From a virus (taxonomy: Duplodnaviria > Caudoviricetes): a stretch of DNA of 64,000 nt. The stretch covers positions 21,708 to 85,707 of the IMG/VR virus record IMGVR_UViG_3300009161_003648; one strand, 5' to 3'. A model generated the notes under the pieces. It worked only from the letters and a program-made list of their open reading frames with translations. It was not told the DNA's origin and searched no databases. Below, one piece after another: positions 19,488 to 30,513 of the stretch (position 1 is its first letter; each line of letters begins with the position of its first letter). The position numbers and the translations under genes are program-made.

Positions 19488-20947
19488 TAACAGTAGTATA
19501 TTGTACTAGAAACTCAAACCCTAAACACACAGAACATATTATTAAAATGTCTGGTTTAGGTAAACACATTGAAGTGATTGAAATTATAAATAATGGTGAA
19601 TCACTAACAAAATGTTATAACCGTGGATTAAAAGCTGCGAAAAACGATATTGTTGTATTTATGCACGACGATGTAATAATTGAAACTTCTGCTTGGGGTA
19701 GTAAAGTTATCAAACATTTTGAAAGCAACCCAGAATTTGGAATACTTGGTGTTGCTGGAACAACAGATATGCCATTAAGTGGCAGATGGTGGGAAGACAG
19801 AACGAAAATGGTTGGTATTGTTAACCACGAAAACGAAGGGAAAAAATGGGAGTCAAAATACTCTAAGAATTGGGCCAATGATATTGTAGAAGTACTTTCT
19901 GTTGATGGATTATTTTTTGCTGTTCATAAAAATAGAATTAAAAATAATTTTGATGAGAATGTGGAAGGGTTCCACTTTTATGAAATTGATTTTGTATTCT
20001 CTAACTACTTAGCTGGTGTTAAAGTTGGTGTTCTTTTTAATGTACGATTAACCCACAAGTCAATCGGTATGACAAATGAACAATGGGAAGAAAATAGACT
20101 TAACTTTGTTAAAAAATTTAATGATGATTTACCAGAAAAATTTGTACCAGCAACTTATCAGCCAAAAGAATCGAATAATAAAAATACAAAGGTTGGCGTT
20201 AAAATTGTGATACAATCACATGGTGATGTTAAGGTTTTTGAAACACTATATAATAAAATTAAATCTTTTAATTATCCTAATTTAACGATTTTTTTAATTA
20301 CAATCGAAAACTCATATGATAGATTTAAAGATTTAAATTATGAAGGTGTTAAAATTTATGAAGGGTTTTATGATAGCTTACCAAAAAATTTATCAATATT
20401 AAAATTTGAAGATGATTTTGTAACTAGCGACGACGATTTGATTTTTTTTATGAATGATGGTGTTGACATTATAAATAATATATTCTTAAGCTTTGCAAAA
20501 ATTTACGGAATAAATAAAAACACCTTTGGTTGTGGGTTTCCTTTATCTTACAATCAAAATAACACAGTTTTTTGTTCTAGCTTAGAAATATTTGTGAATA
20601 AAGAAGGTAAAGTTGCGATTAATATGAAAGATAGCAACACATATTACAATGTTTATTATGGTAATATATTAAATAGTTTTGGTAATCTTGCTGATTGTTT
20701 TGTAACAACATACACCAACTTAAAATCTTTAGATTGGTTTAAATTAAATTATGACACACCACTGTACTTTAATGAATTTTCGCTTAGATTATCACTGAAA
20801 AATAAATTGACTTATAACGATACCAATTCATTAACTGTTCAAAAATCTTTTTTGGGTGAATCACATATCCAACAAGATTTTCAAAATCTTATTAATTTTG
20901 TTAGTACGGATGATAAATTAAAAGCATTAGTTAAAAATATAGAATGA
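19484..20947 (+). CDS. Two-domain GT-A (GT2-like) glycosyltransferase
   Basis: YNRGL..AKNDIVVFMHDDV, GILGVAG, VDGLFFA, FDE...FHFYEIDF; the second half looks like a degenerate GT-A domain. Confidence 0.8.
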   Translation: MITVVYCTRNSNPKHTEHIIKMSGLGKHIEVIEIINNGESLTKCYNRGLKAAKNDIVVFMHDDVIIETSAWGSKVIKHFESNPEFGILGVAGTTDMPLSGRWWEDRTKMVGIVNHENEGKKWESKYSKNWANDIVEVLSVDGLFFAVHKNRIKNNFDENVEGFHFYEIDFVFSNYLAGVKVGVLFNVRLTHKSIGMTNEQWEENRLNFVKKFNDDLPEKFVPATYQPKESNNKNTKVGVKIVIQSHGDVKVFETLYNKIKSFNYPNLTIFLITIENSYDRFKDLNYEGVKIYEGFYDSLPKNLSILKFEDDFVTSDDDLIFFMNDGVDIINNIFLSFAKIYGINKNTFGCGFPLSYNQNNTVFCSSLEIFVNKEGKVAINMKDSNTYYNVYYGNILNSFGNLADCFVTTYTNLKSLDWFKLNYDTPLYFNEFSLRLSLKNKLTYNDTNSLTVQKSFLGESHIQQDFQNLINFVSTDDKLKALVKNIE

Positions 20948-21726
20948 TAAAGATAGTTTCTGGTTATACAAATAAAGGTGGGTCGACAATTGCATTTATT
21001 AACTTAACAAATGCTTTAAATAATGCTGGTTACGATTGTACACTTTATGGACCACACGAATGGCATTTAGACAAGTGTAAATCTGGTTTATTAAACCAGT
21101 TGTCTTTTGATAAAAATGATAGTGTTATATCACATTATTTAAATTTAGAACAAAGACCAGACGTAAAAAAAATTGTTTTATCGTGTCATGAAAAATGGTG
21201 GTTTAGCTTTAGTAAAACTAATAGATACTTTGATAGTGCAGTTTTTTTACATGAAGCGCACAGAAATTTTCATTCAGATTACTATGGTGATTATGTTATA
21301 ATACCAAATCTAAAAGAAAATTTAATACCAAAAGAAAAACCAGAATTAGATTTAGTTGCAGGTATAGTTGGCTCTATTGAAGATAGAAAACAAACACATG
21401 TTTCTATACAAAGAGCGATGAAAGATAAATGTAAAAAAATATACCTATTTGGTTCAATAAACGAAGAAGATTATTTCAACAACTACGTTAAACCATTATT
21501 AAATCCAAAAATAGAAATGCTTGGCCATACAACAAATAAACAAGAAATGTATGACATGATTGGTAGAGTATATCATTCATCAAAAGGGGAAGTTGCTTGC
21601 TTAGTTAAAGACGAGTGTTATCTAACAAATACAAAGTTTTTTGGTAATGAAGAAACTGAAAATGAAGTCTCAACATTAACCAATGAAGAAATAATAACAC
21701 TATGGAAAAAAACACTTGATTTATGA
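20944..21726 (+). CDS. GT-B-like glycosyltransferase
   Basis: GGST.AF.NL, GIVGSIEDRKQTH, VYHSSKGEVACLVKDEC. Confidence 0.6.
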   Translation: MIKIVSGYTNKGGSTIAFINLTNALNNAGYDCTLYGPHEWHLDKCKSGLLNQLSFDKNDSVISHYLNLEQRPDVKKIVLSCHEKWWFSFSKTNRYFDSAVFLHEAHRNFHSDYYGDYVIIPNLKENLIPKEKPELDLVAGIVGSIEDRKQTHVSIQRAMKDKCKKIYLFGSINEEDYFNNYVKPLLNPKIEMLGHTTNKQEMYDMIGRVYHSSKGEVACLVKDECYLTNTKFFGNEETENEVSTLTNEEIITLWKKTLDL

Positions 21727-22268
21727 GAAAAATTTTTATAGATGGCGGTGCAAGGATTGGAGAATCAATACAAGAACTATTGGATAAAAGAGAAGACTTA
21801 CAAGGTTGTGACGTATATCTTTTTGAATGTAATTCTGACCATCATAAAACACTTAATGATATTAAAGAAAACAATAAAAATTATAATTTTATTGTTAGAG
21901 AAGAAGCCCTGTGGAATAAAAATGGTGAACAATCATTTTATATATCCGTTGACCAATGGGGTGATTTAGGTTGTACATTAGATTCTAGCAAACGTGAAAA
22001 ACTTGATTTACAAAACCCTAGAACTGTTAAGACTTTAAGATTATCAGACTTTTTAGATGAGTTTAATGATGATGACTATATTGTTTTAAAATTAGATATT
22101 GAAGGTGGTGAGTACAAAGTTATTACTGATTTAATAAATACCGATAAAATCAAAAAGATTGATGAATTATTTGTTGAATGGCATGACCATTTTTTTAATA
22201 TGTCATCGCAACCATTAAAAAATGCTTTATCACAATATAATATAAAAGTTAACCATAATTGGATGTAA
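21723..22268 (+). CDS. FkbM-family SAM methyltransferase
   Basis: FIDGGARIG, VYLFEC, EALWNKNG, VLKLDIEGGE, LFVEWH. Confidence 0.85.
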   Translation: MRKIFIDGGARIGESIQELLDKREDLQGCDVYLFECNSDHHKTLNDIKENNKNYNFIVREEALWNKNGEQSFYISVDQWGDLGCTLDSSKREKLDLQNPRTVKTLRLSDFLDEFNDDDYIVLKLDIEGGEYKVITDLINTDKIKKIDELFVEWHDHFFNMSSQPLKNALSQYNIKVNHNWM

Positions 22269-22269
22269 T

Positions 22270-22992
22270 ATGAACATACACGCACACATACTTTCTTGGA
22301 ATGAAGAAAAAATATTACCATATACGTTAGACCATTATTCTAATATCTGCAGTAAAATTTTTATACACGATAATATGTCAACCGATAGTTCTGATGAGAT
22401 ATATAAAAAATATCCAAAGGTTACAGTATTAAAATGGGACAGTGGCAATGAAATCAATGAACTTAATTACACAAAAATAAAATCAGAGTCATATAAACAA
22501 TATAGCAGAGGCGAGGATGTTGATTGGGTTATTGTATGTGATTGTGATGAATTTTTATATCACGAAAATTTAATTGAAAAACTAAAAGAATATAAATCTA
22601 TTGGTGTTACTGTTCCAAGGATAGATGGACACGATATGGTTTCAGAAACTTTTCCCGACTACGATGGAATCCCATTAACAGAAAAAGTTAAAATTGGTTC
22701 AGATACTTATGGCCCAATGTGTAAGAATATTATCTTTAGCCCTAAGTTAGATGTACAATACGGTATTGGTGGTCATAGCTTTGGCTCAAATGGTACAGTA
22801 TACTCTGATTCTGCAGATTTAAAATTATTACACTATAAATTTTTGGGTAAAGATTACGTTAAACGAGCATATGTTGCTAGAGCTAAAAGATTATCATCAT
22901 TTAACAAACAACATAAATTTGGTGAACACTATTTTAATTTACCCTTTGAATATATGGATAACATGTTATCAGAAAAAAGACAAGTCATATGA
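22270..22992 (+). CDS. GT2-like glycosyltransferase
   Basis: WNEEKILP, IHDNMSTDSS, WVIVCDCDEF, LLHYKFLG. Confidence 0.8.
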   Translation: MNIHAHILSWNEEKILPYTLDHYSNICSKIFIHDNMSTDSSDEIYKKYPKVTVLKWDSGNEINELNYTKIKSESYKQYSRGEDVDWVIVCDCDEFLYHENLIEKLKEYKSIGVTVPRIDGHDMVSETFPDYDGIPLTEKVKIGSDTYGPMCKNIIFSPKLDVQYGIGGHSFGSNGTVYSDSADLKLLHYKFLGKDYVKRAYVARAKRLSSFNKQHKFGEHYFNLPFEYMDNMLSEKRQVI

Positions 22993-23813
22993 GAAAAATA
23001 TTAGTTTCTGATTTTACAACTAAAGAAGCGCCTCATGGTGGTTCAGAATGGGTTAACGAAGTTTTAATTAAGAAATTTAATTTAGAATTTGAATATTCGT
23101 CCCAGTTACAATCGTGGGATACGGAAAACTTTTATATAATTTCAAACATTTCATTGATGAACCCAACGTTAGTTAGAGAAATACCAAAGTTAAATTATAT
23201 AATTATTGAAAACGATTATAAAATATGCGAGAGTAGACACCCGTGGCGATATCCAAATTCAATAGTACCAAAAAACCAAAGAATAAACTACGATATTTAC
23301 AAAAATGCTAAAGCGGTATTTGTTCAAACGACAGACCATTTTAATGTATATAAAGCAAATGAGGTTGAGGGTAATTTTATAAATTTAAATTGCTCAATAT
23401 GGTCTGACGAAGATTTAGAAATGTTAAATAATTTTTTAATGAACAAACCAACAAAAAATGGTAAGACCGCTGTTTATTATACTAACAACTGGATAAAAAA
23501 TAGTGAAGGTGCTATTAAATATTGTAACGACAATGGATTAACACCTGAACTTATTGAAAACAATCCAAATAGACAAGATTTTTTAGACAAATTATCTAGT
23601 TGCTCACAATTAGTTTTTTTACCCATTGCTAGAGAAACTTTTTGTCGGTTAGTTGTTGAGGCTAAATGCATGGGGTTAGAAGTGATAACAACTAAAAATT
23701 ATGGTGCGTCTTTAGAAACTTGGTTTGATATGAAAGGTGCTGACATGCTTAAATTTTTAAGGTTTAAAACTGATAAGAATATAACAACCATAGGTCAATA
23801 TATAAATTTTTAA
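22989..23813 (+). CDS. GT-B-like glycosyltransferase
   Basis: HGGSE, LVFLP..RETFCRLVVEAKCMGLEVIT (GT4-type E-x7-E motif). Confidence 0.7.
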   Translation: MRKILVSDFTTKEAPHGGSEWVNEVLIKKFNLEFEYSSQLQSWDTENFYIISNISLMNPTLVREIPKLNYIIIENDYKICESRHPWRYPNSIVPKNQRINYDIYKNAKAVFVQTTDHFNVYKANEVEGNFINLNCSIWSDEDLEMLNNFLMNKPTKNGKTAVYYTNNWIKNSEGAIKYCNDNGLTPELIENNPNRQDFLDKLSSCSQLVFLPIARETFCRLVVEAKCMGLEVITTKNYGASLETWFDMKGADMLKFLRFKTDKNITTIGQYINF

Positions 23814-23815
23814 TT

Positions 23816-24730
23816 ATGTCGATTCAGAAATGGTTTAAAAATAAAATTACTGCACTATCAATAGCTTTTTCAAACGTTGAAAAAAATCTATTGAATCAAG
23901 ATGGTAAAAATTTAGGTGAAGATATTAAACAAACCAGAAGGCATCTACAGGGTACGCTTGTTGATTCTTTATTACATGGCGAGGTTACCCAAGAGGTGAA
24001 AAATTTACGATGGAGGACATATAAAATTTTAAAAGAAACACAAGCAGCTGAAATTATTTTTGAAGGTGTTGACGAAAATGGAATGCCAATTTATACTATC
24101 AGTAAAAAAAATACAAAAAAGGGTTTATCTAAAATTAAAATTGATAAATTTGACAATTATAAATTAGAATTAGTTGTTGACAATAGCGAAATATCAAATA
24201 GTGTTACTGAGGCTATAAATGATTTATTAAAAGACGGTATAATTAATGGTGCTGAATATTTTGCGACTAGTAAAGGCGATAACCCAATTAAAATTAAAAG
24301 GGCAACAATGCCAAAATTTTGTATTGAAAGATATACTAAAAAATTAAATATTAGAAAAATAAATAAAGACAAAAAACTATTAGAGTTTTATGTTAATAAA
24401 TATTCAAATGAATATAATGTAAATGCCAATTTATTTTTAAATGAAATTAATAAACTTATTAAAAACGGTCCTCATAATATTAACTTTTTAGAACTAGATG
24501 AGGTTAGCTTTATATCAAATAATACAATTGGAACCAGCGACTTTTTAAGTTATTCATATGGTAATATATCTTTTGATAAAGTTATTGAATTTAATGGTTA
24601 TTACGTTATAAAGTTTTTTGCTGAAGTAATTAATGATGGTGACGATATTCTTTCAGAATATATTGAACCTGAATTAGATGAAAAATATAAAAATAAAGAA
24701 TCTAAAATAAAAAGACCAAAAGATTATTAA
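23816..24730 (+). CDS. Hypothetical protein (no glycan-enzyme motifs)
   Basis: 304 aa ORF; no recognisable motif. Confidence 0.5.
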   Translation: MSIQKWFKNKITALSIAFSNVEKNLLNQDGKNLGEDIKQTRRHLQGTLVDSLLHGEVTQEVKNLRWRTYKILKETQAAEIIFEGVDENGMPIYTISKKNTKKGLSKIKIDKFDNYKLELVVDNSEISNSVTEAINDLLKDGIINGAEYFATSKGDNPIKIKRATMPKFCIERYTKKLNIRKINKDKKLLEFYVNKYSNEYNVNANLFLNEINKLIKNGPHNINFLELDEVSFISNNTIGTSDFLSYSYGNISFDKVIEFNGYYVIKFFAEVINDGDDILSEYIEPELDEKYKNKESKIKRPKDY

Positions 24731-24732
24731 AT

Positions 24733-25392
24733 ATGAACCTAATAATAAAATTTCCAACTAGAAATCGGGTAGAAAAATTTAAAAAAGTACTAGAAAGATA
24801 TATAAAATTTTTAGATGACAAAACAACTAAAATTATCGTTAGTTGCGATATTGATGATACTTCAATGAATAACGATAACATTATTGAATATATCCTGCAA
24901 TACCCAAATGTTGAGATTTTTTATAGCGATAATAAATCAAAAATAGATGCAGTAAACGCCGATTTAAAAAATGTTGATTTTGATATTGTTTTACTCGCAT
25001 CTGACGATATGATACCTATTAAAAAAGGTTTTGACACAATAATAAAAAATAAAATGTCTGAGGTATATCCAGATACCGACGGAATCTTATGGTTTAATGA
25101 CGGGTTTCAAGGTAATAAATTAAATACACTATCAATATTGGGAAAAAAATATTATGATAGGTTTGGTTATATATATTATCCCGAATATCTGTCAGCTTAT
25201 TGTGATAATGAGTTTATGGAAATTGGTAATATGTTAAATAAACAAACATATTTTGACGAAATAATAATTCAGCATCAACACCCAGATTGGGGGTTTGGTG
25301 ATACCGACTATATACATGTTTTAAATAGTATTAATGGTGGTCACGATAACACGTTGTATAACAACAGAAAAAAAAATAATTTTTATTTATGA
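24733..25392 (+). CDS. GT2-like glycosyltransferase
   Basis: FPTRNR, SCDIDD, SKIDAVN, LLASDDMIP, YCDNEF, HQHP. Confidence 0.8.
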   Translation: MNLIIKFPTRNRVEKFKKVLERYIKFLDDKTTKIIVSCDIDDTSMNNDNIIEYILQYPNVEIFYSDNKSKIDAVNADLKNVDFDIVLLASDDMIPIKKGFDTIIKNKMSEVYPDTDGILWFNDGFQGNKLNTLSILGKKYYDRFGYIYYPEYLSAYCDNEFMEIGNMLNKQTYFDEIIIQHQHPDWGFGDTDYIHVLNSINGGHDNTLYNNRKKNNFYL

Positions 25393-26213
25393 AAGTAGCA
25401 TTTAATACAATGTTTAAAAATGAAGAAATTTTATTAAACGAAGTTTTAAAAATATGGAAAAATTACCCAATTGATTTATTCATATTTTATGATGATAATT
25501 CAGTAGATTCATCTGTCGATGTAATTAAAAAAAATTTACCAAGCGATAAATTTATCATTATTAATGATAAATTAACTAGCTTTAATGAATCATATCAAAG
25601 ACAAAGAATGATTGATGTTGCTAAAATGAATGACATTGATTTTGTTTTTTCGATTGATTGTGACGAACTGCTAACCAGCAATATCGTATCAGATTTTAAT
25701 AGTTTTATAAACATATATAATACCTATGATATGCGATTATTTTGGTACAATTCTGTTAACAATATAAATGAATACAGAACCGACCCATTATATGCACATA
25801 ATTATCGAACGTTTGTAATACCATTAAATTTTTGTGGTACATTAAATAAAAATGATTTTAAATATCACACACCAAGAACACCACAAATTAATTTACCAGC
25901 AACACAGACTGCTGACTATGGTGTGATACATTTACAGGCGATTAATAAGAGATATTATGCAATAAAACAGCTTTGGTATAAGCATCATGAATTTGTTAAT
26001 TATGGTCATAGTGTTTCATTCATAAATGATAGATACGACCCAGTGGTAAATAATCTAACATTTAATGAAGTTAAAATACCAAATCATTTAATCGAAGGTA
26101 TTGAATTCAATATAGATGTTTTTAACGCTCTAGAAAAATCTAAAGGGTATTTACAATTTATAAAGGAAAATTATAATGGGGAACTAATAACATTTGGAAA
26201 AGAATATTTATAA
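25389..26213 (+). CDS. GT2-like glycosyltransferase
   Basis: MFKNEE, YDDNSVDSS, FSIDCDE. Confidence 0.75.
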   Translation: MKVAFNTMFKNEEILLNEVLKIWKNYPIDLFIFYDDNSVDSSVDVIKKNLPSDKFIIINDKLTSFNESYQRQRMIDVAKMNDIDFVFSIDCDELLTSNIVSDFNSFINIYNTYDMRLFWYNSVNNINEYRTDPLYAHNYRTFVIPLNFCGTLNKNDFKYHTPRTPQINLPATQTADYGVIHLQAINKRYYAIKQLWYKHHEFVNYGHSVSFINDRYDPVVNNLTFNEVKIPNHLIEGIEFNIDVFNALEKSKGYLQFIKENYNGELITFGKEYL

Positions 26214-26214
26214 T

Positions 26215-26958
26215 ATGAATAACTATACAATTGGTATAACAACATTTTCAAACAGATATCATTACATTGTAAAACTATTATCACAAATAAGAAAATTTAC
26301 AGACAAAAAAATTGTGTTGATAGTTAATGGTGAAAAAAATGGTGAGTTTGATGACGATTACAGAAATAACATTTTATTGTTATCCGCAAAATATTCACAT
26401 GTATACCCAATATTTTTTATTGAAACTAGAGGATTGTCAAAATTATGGAATACGGCACTAATAAATTCATACGATGATAATTTACTATTACTAAATGATG
26501 ATTTAGAAATACATTCATCTGACATTTTTGATAAAGTAGATGCTCACATAAATACAAACAACTTTAATGGTATAACAAAAATAAATAATTCTTTTTCACA
26601 TTTTATCGTAAATAAAACTGTGATTGACAGCATCGGATATTTTGATGAAAGGTTAATAGGTTTTGGTGAGGAAGATGGCGATATAACGTATCAATTATTA
26701 AAAATAGGTTTAAACATTAATAATTTATTTATTAATGGTGTAATTAATATCGTTTCAAATGTAAGACATGAGCATATTAAATCTGGGATTGGCAAATATT
26801 CACATTTTAATAGGGAGTTTATTTATAATCAAAAATATGAAAAAAACCTAGCAGGTAATTTAAGGGGCATGTTTGACACACCTATGAATCAAATTTTAAA
26901 CAATATAAAGCAATACCCATACGAAAACTTCTTTAGGGAAAACAAAACAAAATTATGA
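26215..26958 (+). CDS. GT2-like glycosyltransferase (likely start 26215)
   Basis: IGITTF, GLSKLWN, LLLNDD, IGYFDERLIGFGEEDGD. Confidence 0.8.
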   Translation: MNNYTIGITTFSNRYHYIVKLLSQIRKFTDKKIVLIVNGEKNGEFDDDYRNNILLLSAKYSHVYPIFFIETRGLSKLWNTALINSYDDNLLLLNDDLEIHSSDIFDKVDAHINTNNFNGITKINNSFSHFIVNKTVIDSIGYFDERLIGFGEEDGDITYQLLKIGLNINNLFINGVINIVSNVRHEHIKSGIGKYSHFNREFIYNQKYEKNLAGNLRGMFDTPMNQILNNIKQYPYENFFRENKTKL

Positions 26959-28184
26959 TGAAAATAACTAATTTAGAAAAATCCCCACTATACAGTAAAT
27001 TATTTGAAAAAGATTTAAATAATAGGGAAATTAATTTATATAAGTTATCCAATGTTATACCATGCGGTGAATCTTTATTTTACCCTAACCCTTTATTTTT
27101 TTCAAAAAAAGAAAATGTACTTTATTCTCCAATAAATGAAACAACAATGTCCTTAAAGGATATCACACATAAAAAAGAGTATTTCCTGCCAGATATTGAA
27201 TATACAAAAACAGAAAAACACCCGCTATTTTTTTTCGTGTACAACACAGATAATTACTATCATTTTATTTATGATACACTACCATACTTAATATCATTTT
27301 TTAAATTAAAAGAAACTATTCCAGACGTAAAACTTTTAATGAATTACCCCAACGAAACAAAAAAAGAATTTTATAAATTTATAATTGAGTTTTTAGATAT
27401 ATTAGGGATAAAAAATAACGATATCAAAATAATTAATGATAATACAGTATATGAAACATTATATATTTCTGATTCTTATACACACGGACACGACTCTAAT
27501 TTACCACCAAGGAATGAAATTTTTGATTTTTACAAAAGTATAGCCGATACCGTTAATATTGAAAGTGACAAAAAAGTTGACACTAAAAAAATATACATAT
27601 CTAGACGGTCTTGGAAACATGGTGATTTTTCAAATATTGGCACCAATTATACTACTAGAAGAAAAATGGTAAATGAAGATGACCTAGTTGAATATCTTGA
27701 AACGTTAGGGTATGTTGAAGTATTTGCTGAAACAATGTCAACTAAAGAAAAAATATTACTTTTCTCAAACGCAGATAAAATTGTTGGGGCGATAGGTGGT
27801 GGGTTATGTAATGTTGTTTTTTCAAGTAAAAAATGCGATTTAATTTCAATAGTTTCACCATATTTTTTACACATTAACAATAGATTTAAATATTCATTAA
27901 GTTGTGCAAACTTAAAACTTTTTGATATCGTTGAACACGTTGAAAAAACAGAATTTAAAAAATATATGCGTGTTAAATATAAAGACATCGTTGGTGAAAT
28001 TATCAATGTATATGATAACGAGGTTGAAATTGCATACGCTAATAAAACAATATCTGGCTGGAACAATGAAATTAATTTTAATAAAATAAATGTAAATAAA
28101 AACGACTGTACTAAACTAGACGATGGACTAAACTCTTCGTTTGAAATAAATTTAAATGAATTTAAAAAAGAAACGTTATTATGA
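26955..28184 (+). CDS. GT61/DUF563-like glycosyltransferase
   Basis: NYYHFIYDTLP, KKIYISRR, RKMVNE, VFAETMS...FSNADKIVGAIGGGLCNVVF. Confidence 0.8.
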   Translation: MMKITNLEKSPLYSKLFEKDLNNREINLYKLSNVIPCGESLFYPNPLFFSKKENVLYSPINETTMSLKDITHKKEYFLPDIEYTKTEKHPLFFFVYNTDNYYHFIYDTLPYLISFFKLKETIPDVKLLMNYPNETKKEFYKFIIEFLDILGIKNNDIKIINDNTVYETLYISDSYTHGHDSNLPPRNEIFDFYKSIADTVNIESDKKVDTKKIYISRRSWKHGDFSNIGTNYTTRRKMVNEDDLVEYLETLGYVEVFAETMSTKEKILLFSNADKIVGAIGGGLCNVVFSSKKCDLISIVSPYFLHINNRFKYSLSCANLKLFDIVEHVEKTEFKKYMRVKYKDIVGEIINVYDNEVEIAYANKTISGWNNEINFNKINVNKNDCTKLDDGLNSSFEINLNEFKKETLL

Positions 28185-28933
28185 TAAATTATATTGTATA
28201 TTCAAATACTGATTATTTAGACGTGCTTAAAATACAAACCGATTACATGCAGAATATCGGCAACCTATCACTTTTTATCAATAAAAACGATTTAGATTTA
28301 TCGGAAATATATTCAAAATATGATAATGTTATTTTTTATGATGGTAATGACACATATGCTAAAAGATTAATGACGTGTTTAAACCAGATTGATTTTGAAT
28401 ACTTTGTTTTAATACATGATATTGATATATTATTAAAAGTTAAAGATGAAACAATTATTAATTTTTTTGATTTTATTAAAAAAAATAATGTGGATAGGAT
28501 AGATTTAAAATACACTGAAAAAACAAATGATATTATTGAGTTTGATTTAAATGGTCTGTTTTTAGTACCACAAAAAAATGAAAATAATTTTATATATAAT
28601 GTAAATCCGTCAATATGGAAAAAATCTGCGTTATTAGACATCGTAACATCGTTTCAACATAAAACATATAGAACAATTGAAGATATCGATGTTCAAATTT
28701 TTGCTAAAAAATTTAATGTCTATAAATTAAACAAAGAACCTAAAATATCTTGTGGTTACTTTAATTGTGTTGATGATTTTATATTTTTACACATAAGCCA
28801 TAGCGGTAAATTTTTAACCTTACCAAGTAATTTTGTCACTGAATATGGGCAATCCTATGGTGATATCGCTAACGAATACGTTAAAATTGTTGAAAAGTAT
28901 AATCTAAAAAATAGTAACAAATGGAACAGATGA
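28181..28933 (+). CDS. Putative glycosyltransferase (GT-A-like)
   Basis: YFVLIHDIDI, YNVNPSIWKK; cluster context. Confidence 0.5.
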   Translation: MINYIVYSNTDYLDVLKIQTDYMQNIGNLSLFINKNDLDLSEIYSKYDNVIFYDGNDTYAKRLMTCLNQIDFEYFVLIHDIDILLKVKDETIINFFDFIKKNNVDRIDLKYTEKTNDIIEFDLNGLFLVPQKNENNFIYNVNPSIWKKSALLDIVTSFQHKTYRTIEDIDVQIFAKKFNVYKLNKEPKISCGYFNCVDDFIFLHISHSGKFLTLPSNFVTEYGQSYGDIANEYVKIVEKYNLKNSNKWNR

Positions 28934-29688
28934 ATAATGGTTACAAATTAGCGTTTATAATTGCGCATAAATATATCTCAGGATATCCGTCATATTTAAA
29001 ATATTATATTGATAATATAAACAATTTTTATACTGATTCACTAATAATTGTTGTTGACAACAACTCATTAAAACTAAATGAAATCACTGAGCAATTTTTA
29101 AATGAAAAAAATATTATTTTTTTAACCAATAACACAGATTGTAAATTCGAAATTGGTGCGTACAAAGTTGGTATTAACTATATGATTAATAATAGCTTAT
29201 TAAACAACTACGACTATTGCGTGTTCACACAAGATACATATGTATTAAAAAATAAATATGATTTTAATAATTTAAAAAAAGAAAATATCGAAGCGTCTTC
29301 GATTATTGGGTGGACGAATGACCTTGAAAAAATGGATGTCTGTATCCCAGTATTAAATAAGATTGGTTTACTTAACAGACTAAACGAAACCAATCTTTGC
29401 TGGTGTAATAGTTTTATTGTGTCTAAAAATAAAGTTTTAGACCTTTATAATTTATTATATAATATTATTATTGTAAACAGACATCAAAGCGAAGGCTCAG
29501 AACGTTATTTAGGCCGAATATTATTTGAATTAAATAACCATAAAAATTATGCTATCGATGGTAACGACAACAATTACGTTATTGACGGTGTAACACATAA
29601 TTGTTTAAGTGTTAACGTATTTGATAACATCAATAAATTTTTCTGTAAAACTTGTCAACAGAAAAATGAAAGAACAATTGAGAATTAA
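28930..29688 (+). CDS. Putative glycosyltransferase (likely start 28930, ATGA overlap)
   Basis: IIVVDNNS, FEIGAYK, VFTQDT, SERYLG; cluster context. Confidence 0.5.
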   Translation: MNNGYKLAFIIAHKYISGYPSYLKYYIDNINNFYTDSLIIVVDNNSLKLNEITEQFLNEKNIIFLTNNTDCKFEIGAYKVGINYMINNSLLNNYDYCVFTQDTYVLKNKYDFNNLKKENIEASSIIGWTNDLEKMDVCIPVLNKIGLLNRLNETNLCWCNSFIVSKNKVLDLYNLLYNIIIVNRHQSEGSERYLGRILFELNNHKNYAIDGNDNNYVIDGVTHNCLSVNVFDNINKFFCKTCQQKNERTIEN

Positions 29689-30512
29689 TGAACAAAAAAG
29701 CCTGCGTATACTTTCATCAAGGATGGACTGACATAATATTATGTTTTTCATTAATAAATTATTATAAAAAAAAATATGATGAAATTTACGTTTTAATACG
29801 TTCTGACGCAAAAAACCTTGTTGATTTCTACATTAGAAACATGAAAAACGTAAAGATTATATACATGGATACAGACAATGGTAGATACTATGGAAACATA
29901 GAAACAAATTCAAAAAATGATACGGTGGAATATTTTGGTAGTTTAATTACCGTACCAGAAAATTTTGATATTATGTTTCATGCTGAACATGATAAGTGGA
30001 GAAAAGATAACTATAAAAATTATTGGTACCAACCAGATTTTAATAAAAAAGCAGCAAGTCATTTTTCTGAAATGTTTTATATTTTTTATGATATTGACTT
30101 TATCACCAGAGTTATTGATTTTTCTTTAGACAGAGACTTAGAGTTGGAAGATAAAACATATAAAGATTTTTCCGAAAAATATGGTACTGAATATGTTATA
30201 TATCATGACGACAATAATAACCATATACACGGCACACATCACGTCTCAACTGAAATACAGTTTGAAAACAAATTAGAAAATCATTCATATGTTAATTTAA
30301 ATAAACTCTCAAGTGTTTTTTTTGACTATATTAAAGTAATACAAAATGCAAAAGAAATACATTTAGTGGACTCAATATGGGCGGCAATATGTTATCAGCT
30401 AGACGCCAAATATGGATTATTTTCAAATAAAGTTATAAACGTTTATTGTAAAAGGGACCACCAAAATATGTTCCTACATCCAGTAAAACTAGAAAATTGG
30501 AAATTAATATAA
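29688..30512 (+). CDS. Putative glycosyltransferase
   Basis: HQGWTDII, AKEIHLVDS; resembles GT-B-like proteins of glycan clusters. Confidence 0.45.
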   Translation: MNKKACVYFHQGWTDIILCFSLINYYKKKYDEIYVLIRSDAKNLVDFYIRNMKNVKIIYMDTDNGRYYGNIETNSKNDTVEYFGSLITVPENFDIMFHAEHDKWRKDNYKNYWYQPDFNKKAASHFSEMFYIFYDIDFITRVIDFSLDRDLELEDKTYKDFSEKYGTEYVIYHDDNNNHIHGTHHVSTEIQFENKLENHSYVNLNKLSSVFFDYIKVIQNAKEIHLVDSIWAAICYQLDAKYGLFSNKVINVYCKRDHQNMFLHPVKLENWKLI

Positions 30513-30513
30513 T

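Noticed and set aside
26204-26211. ATATTTAT inside the glycan cluster as a late promoter
   Set aside because: Overlaps the previous stop codon, lies only 3 nt before the ATG, and is compatible with chance in very AT-rich DNA
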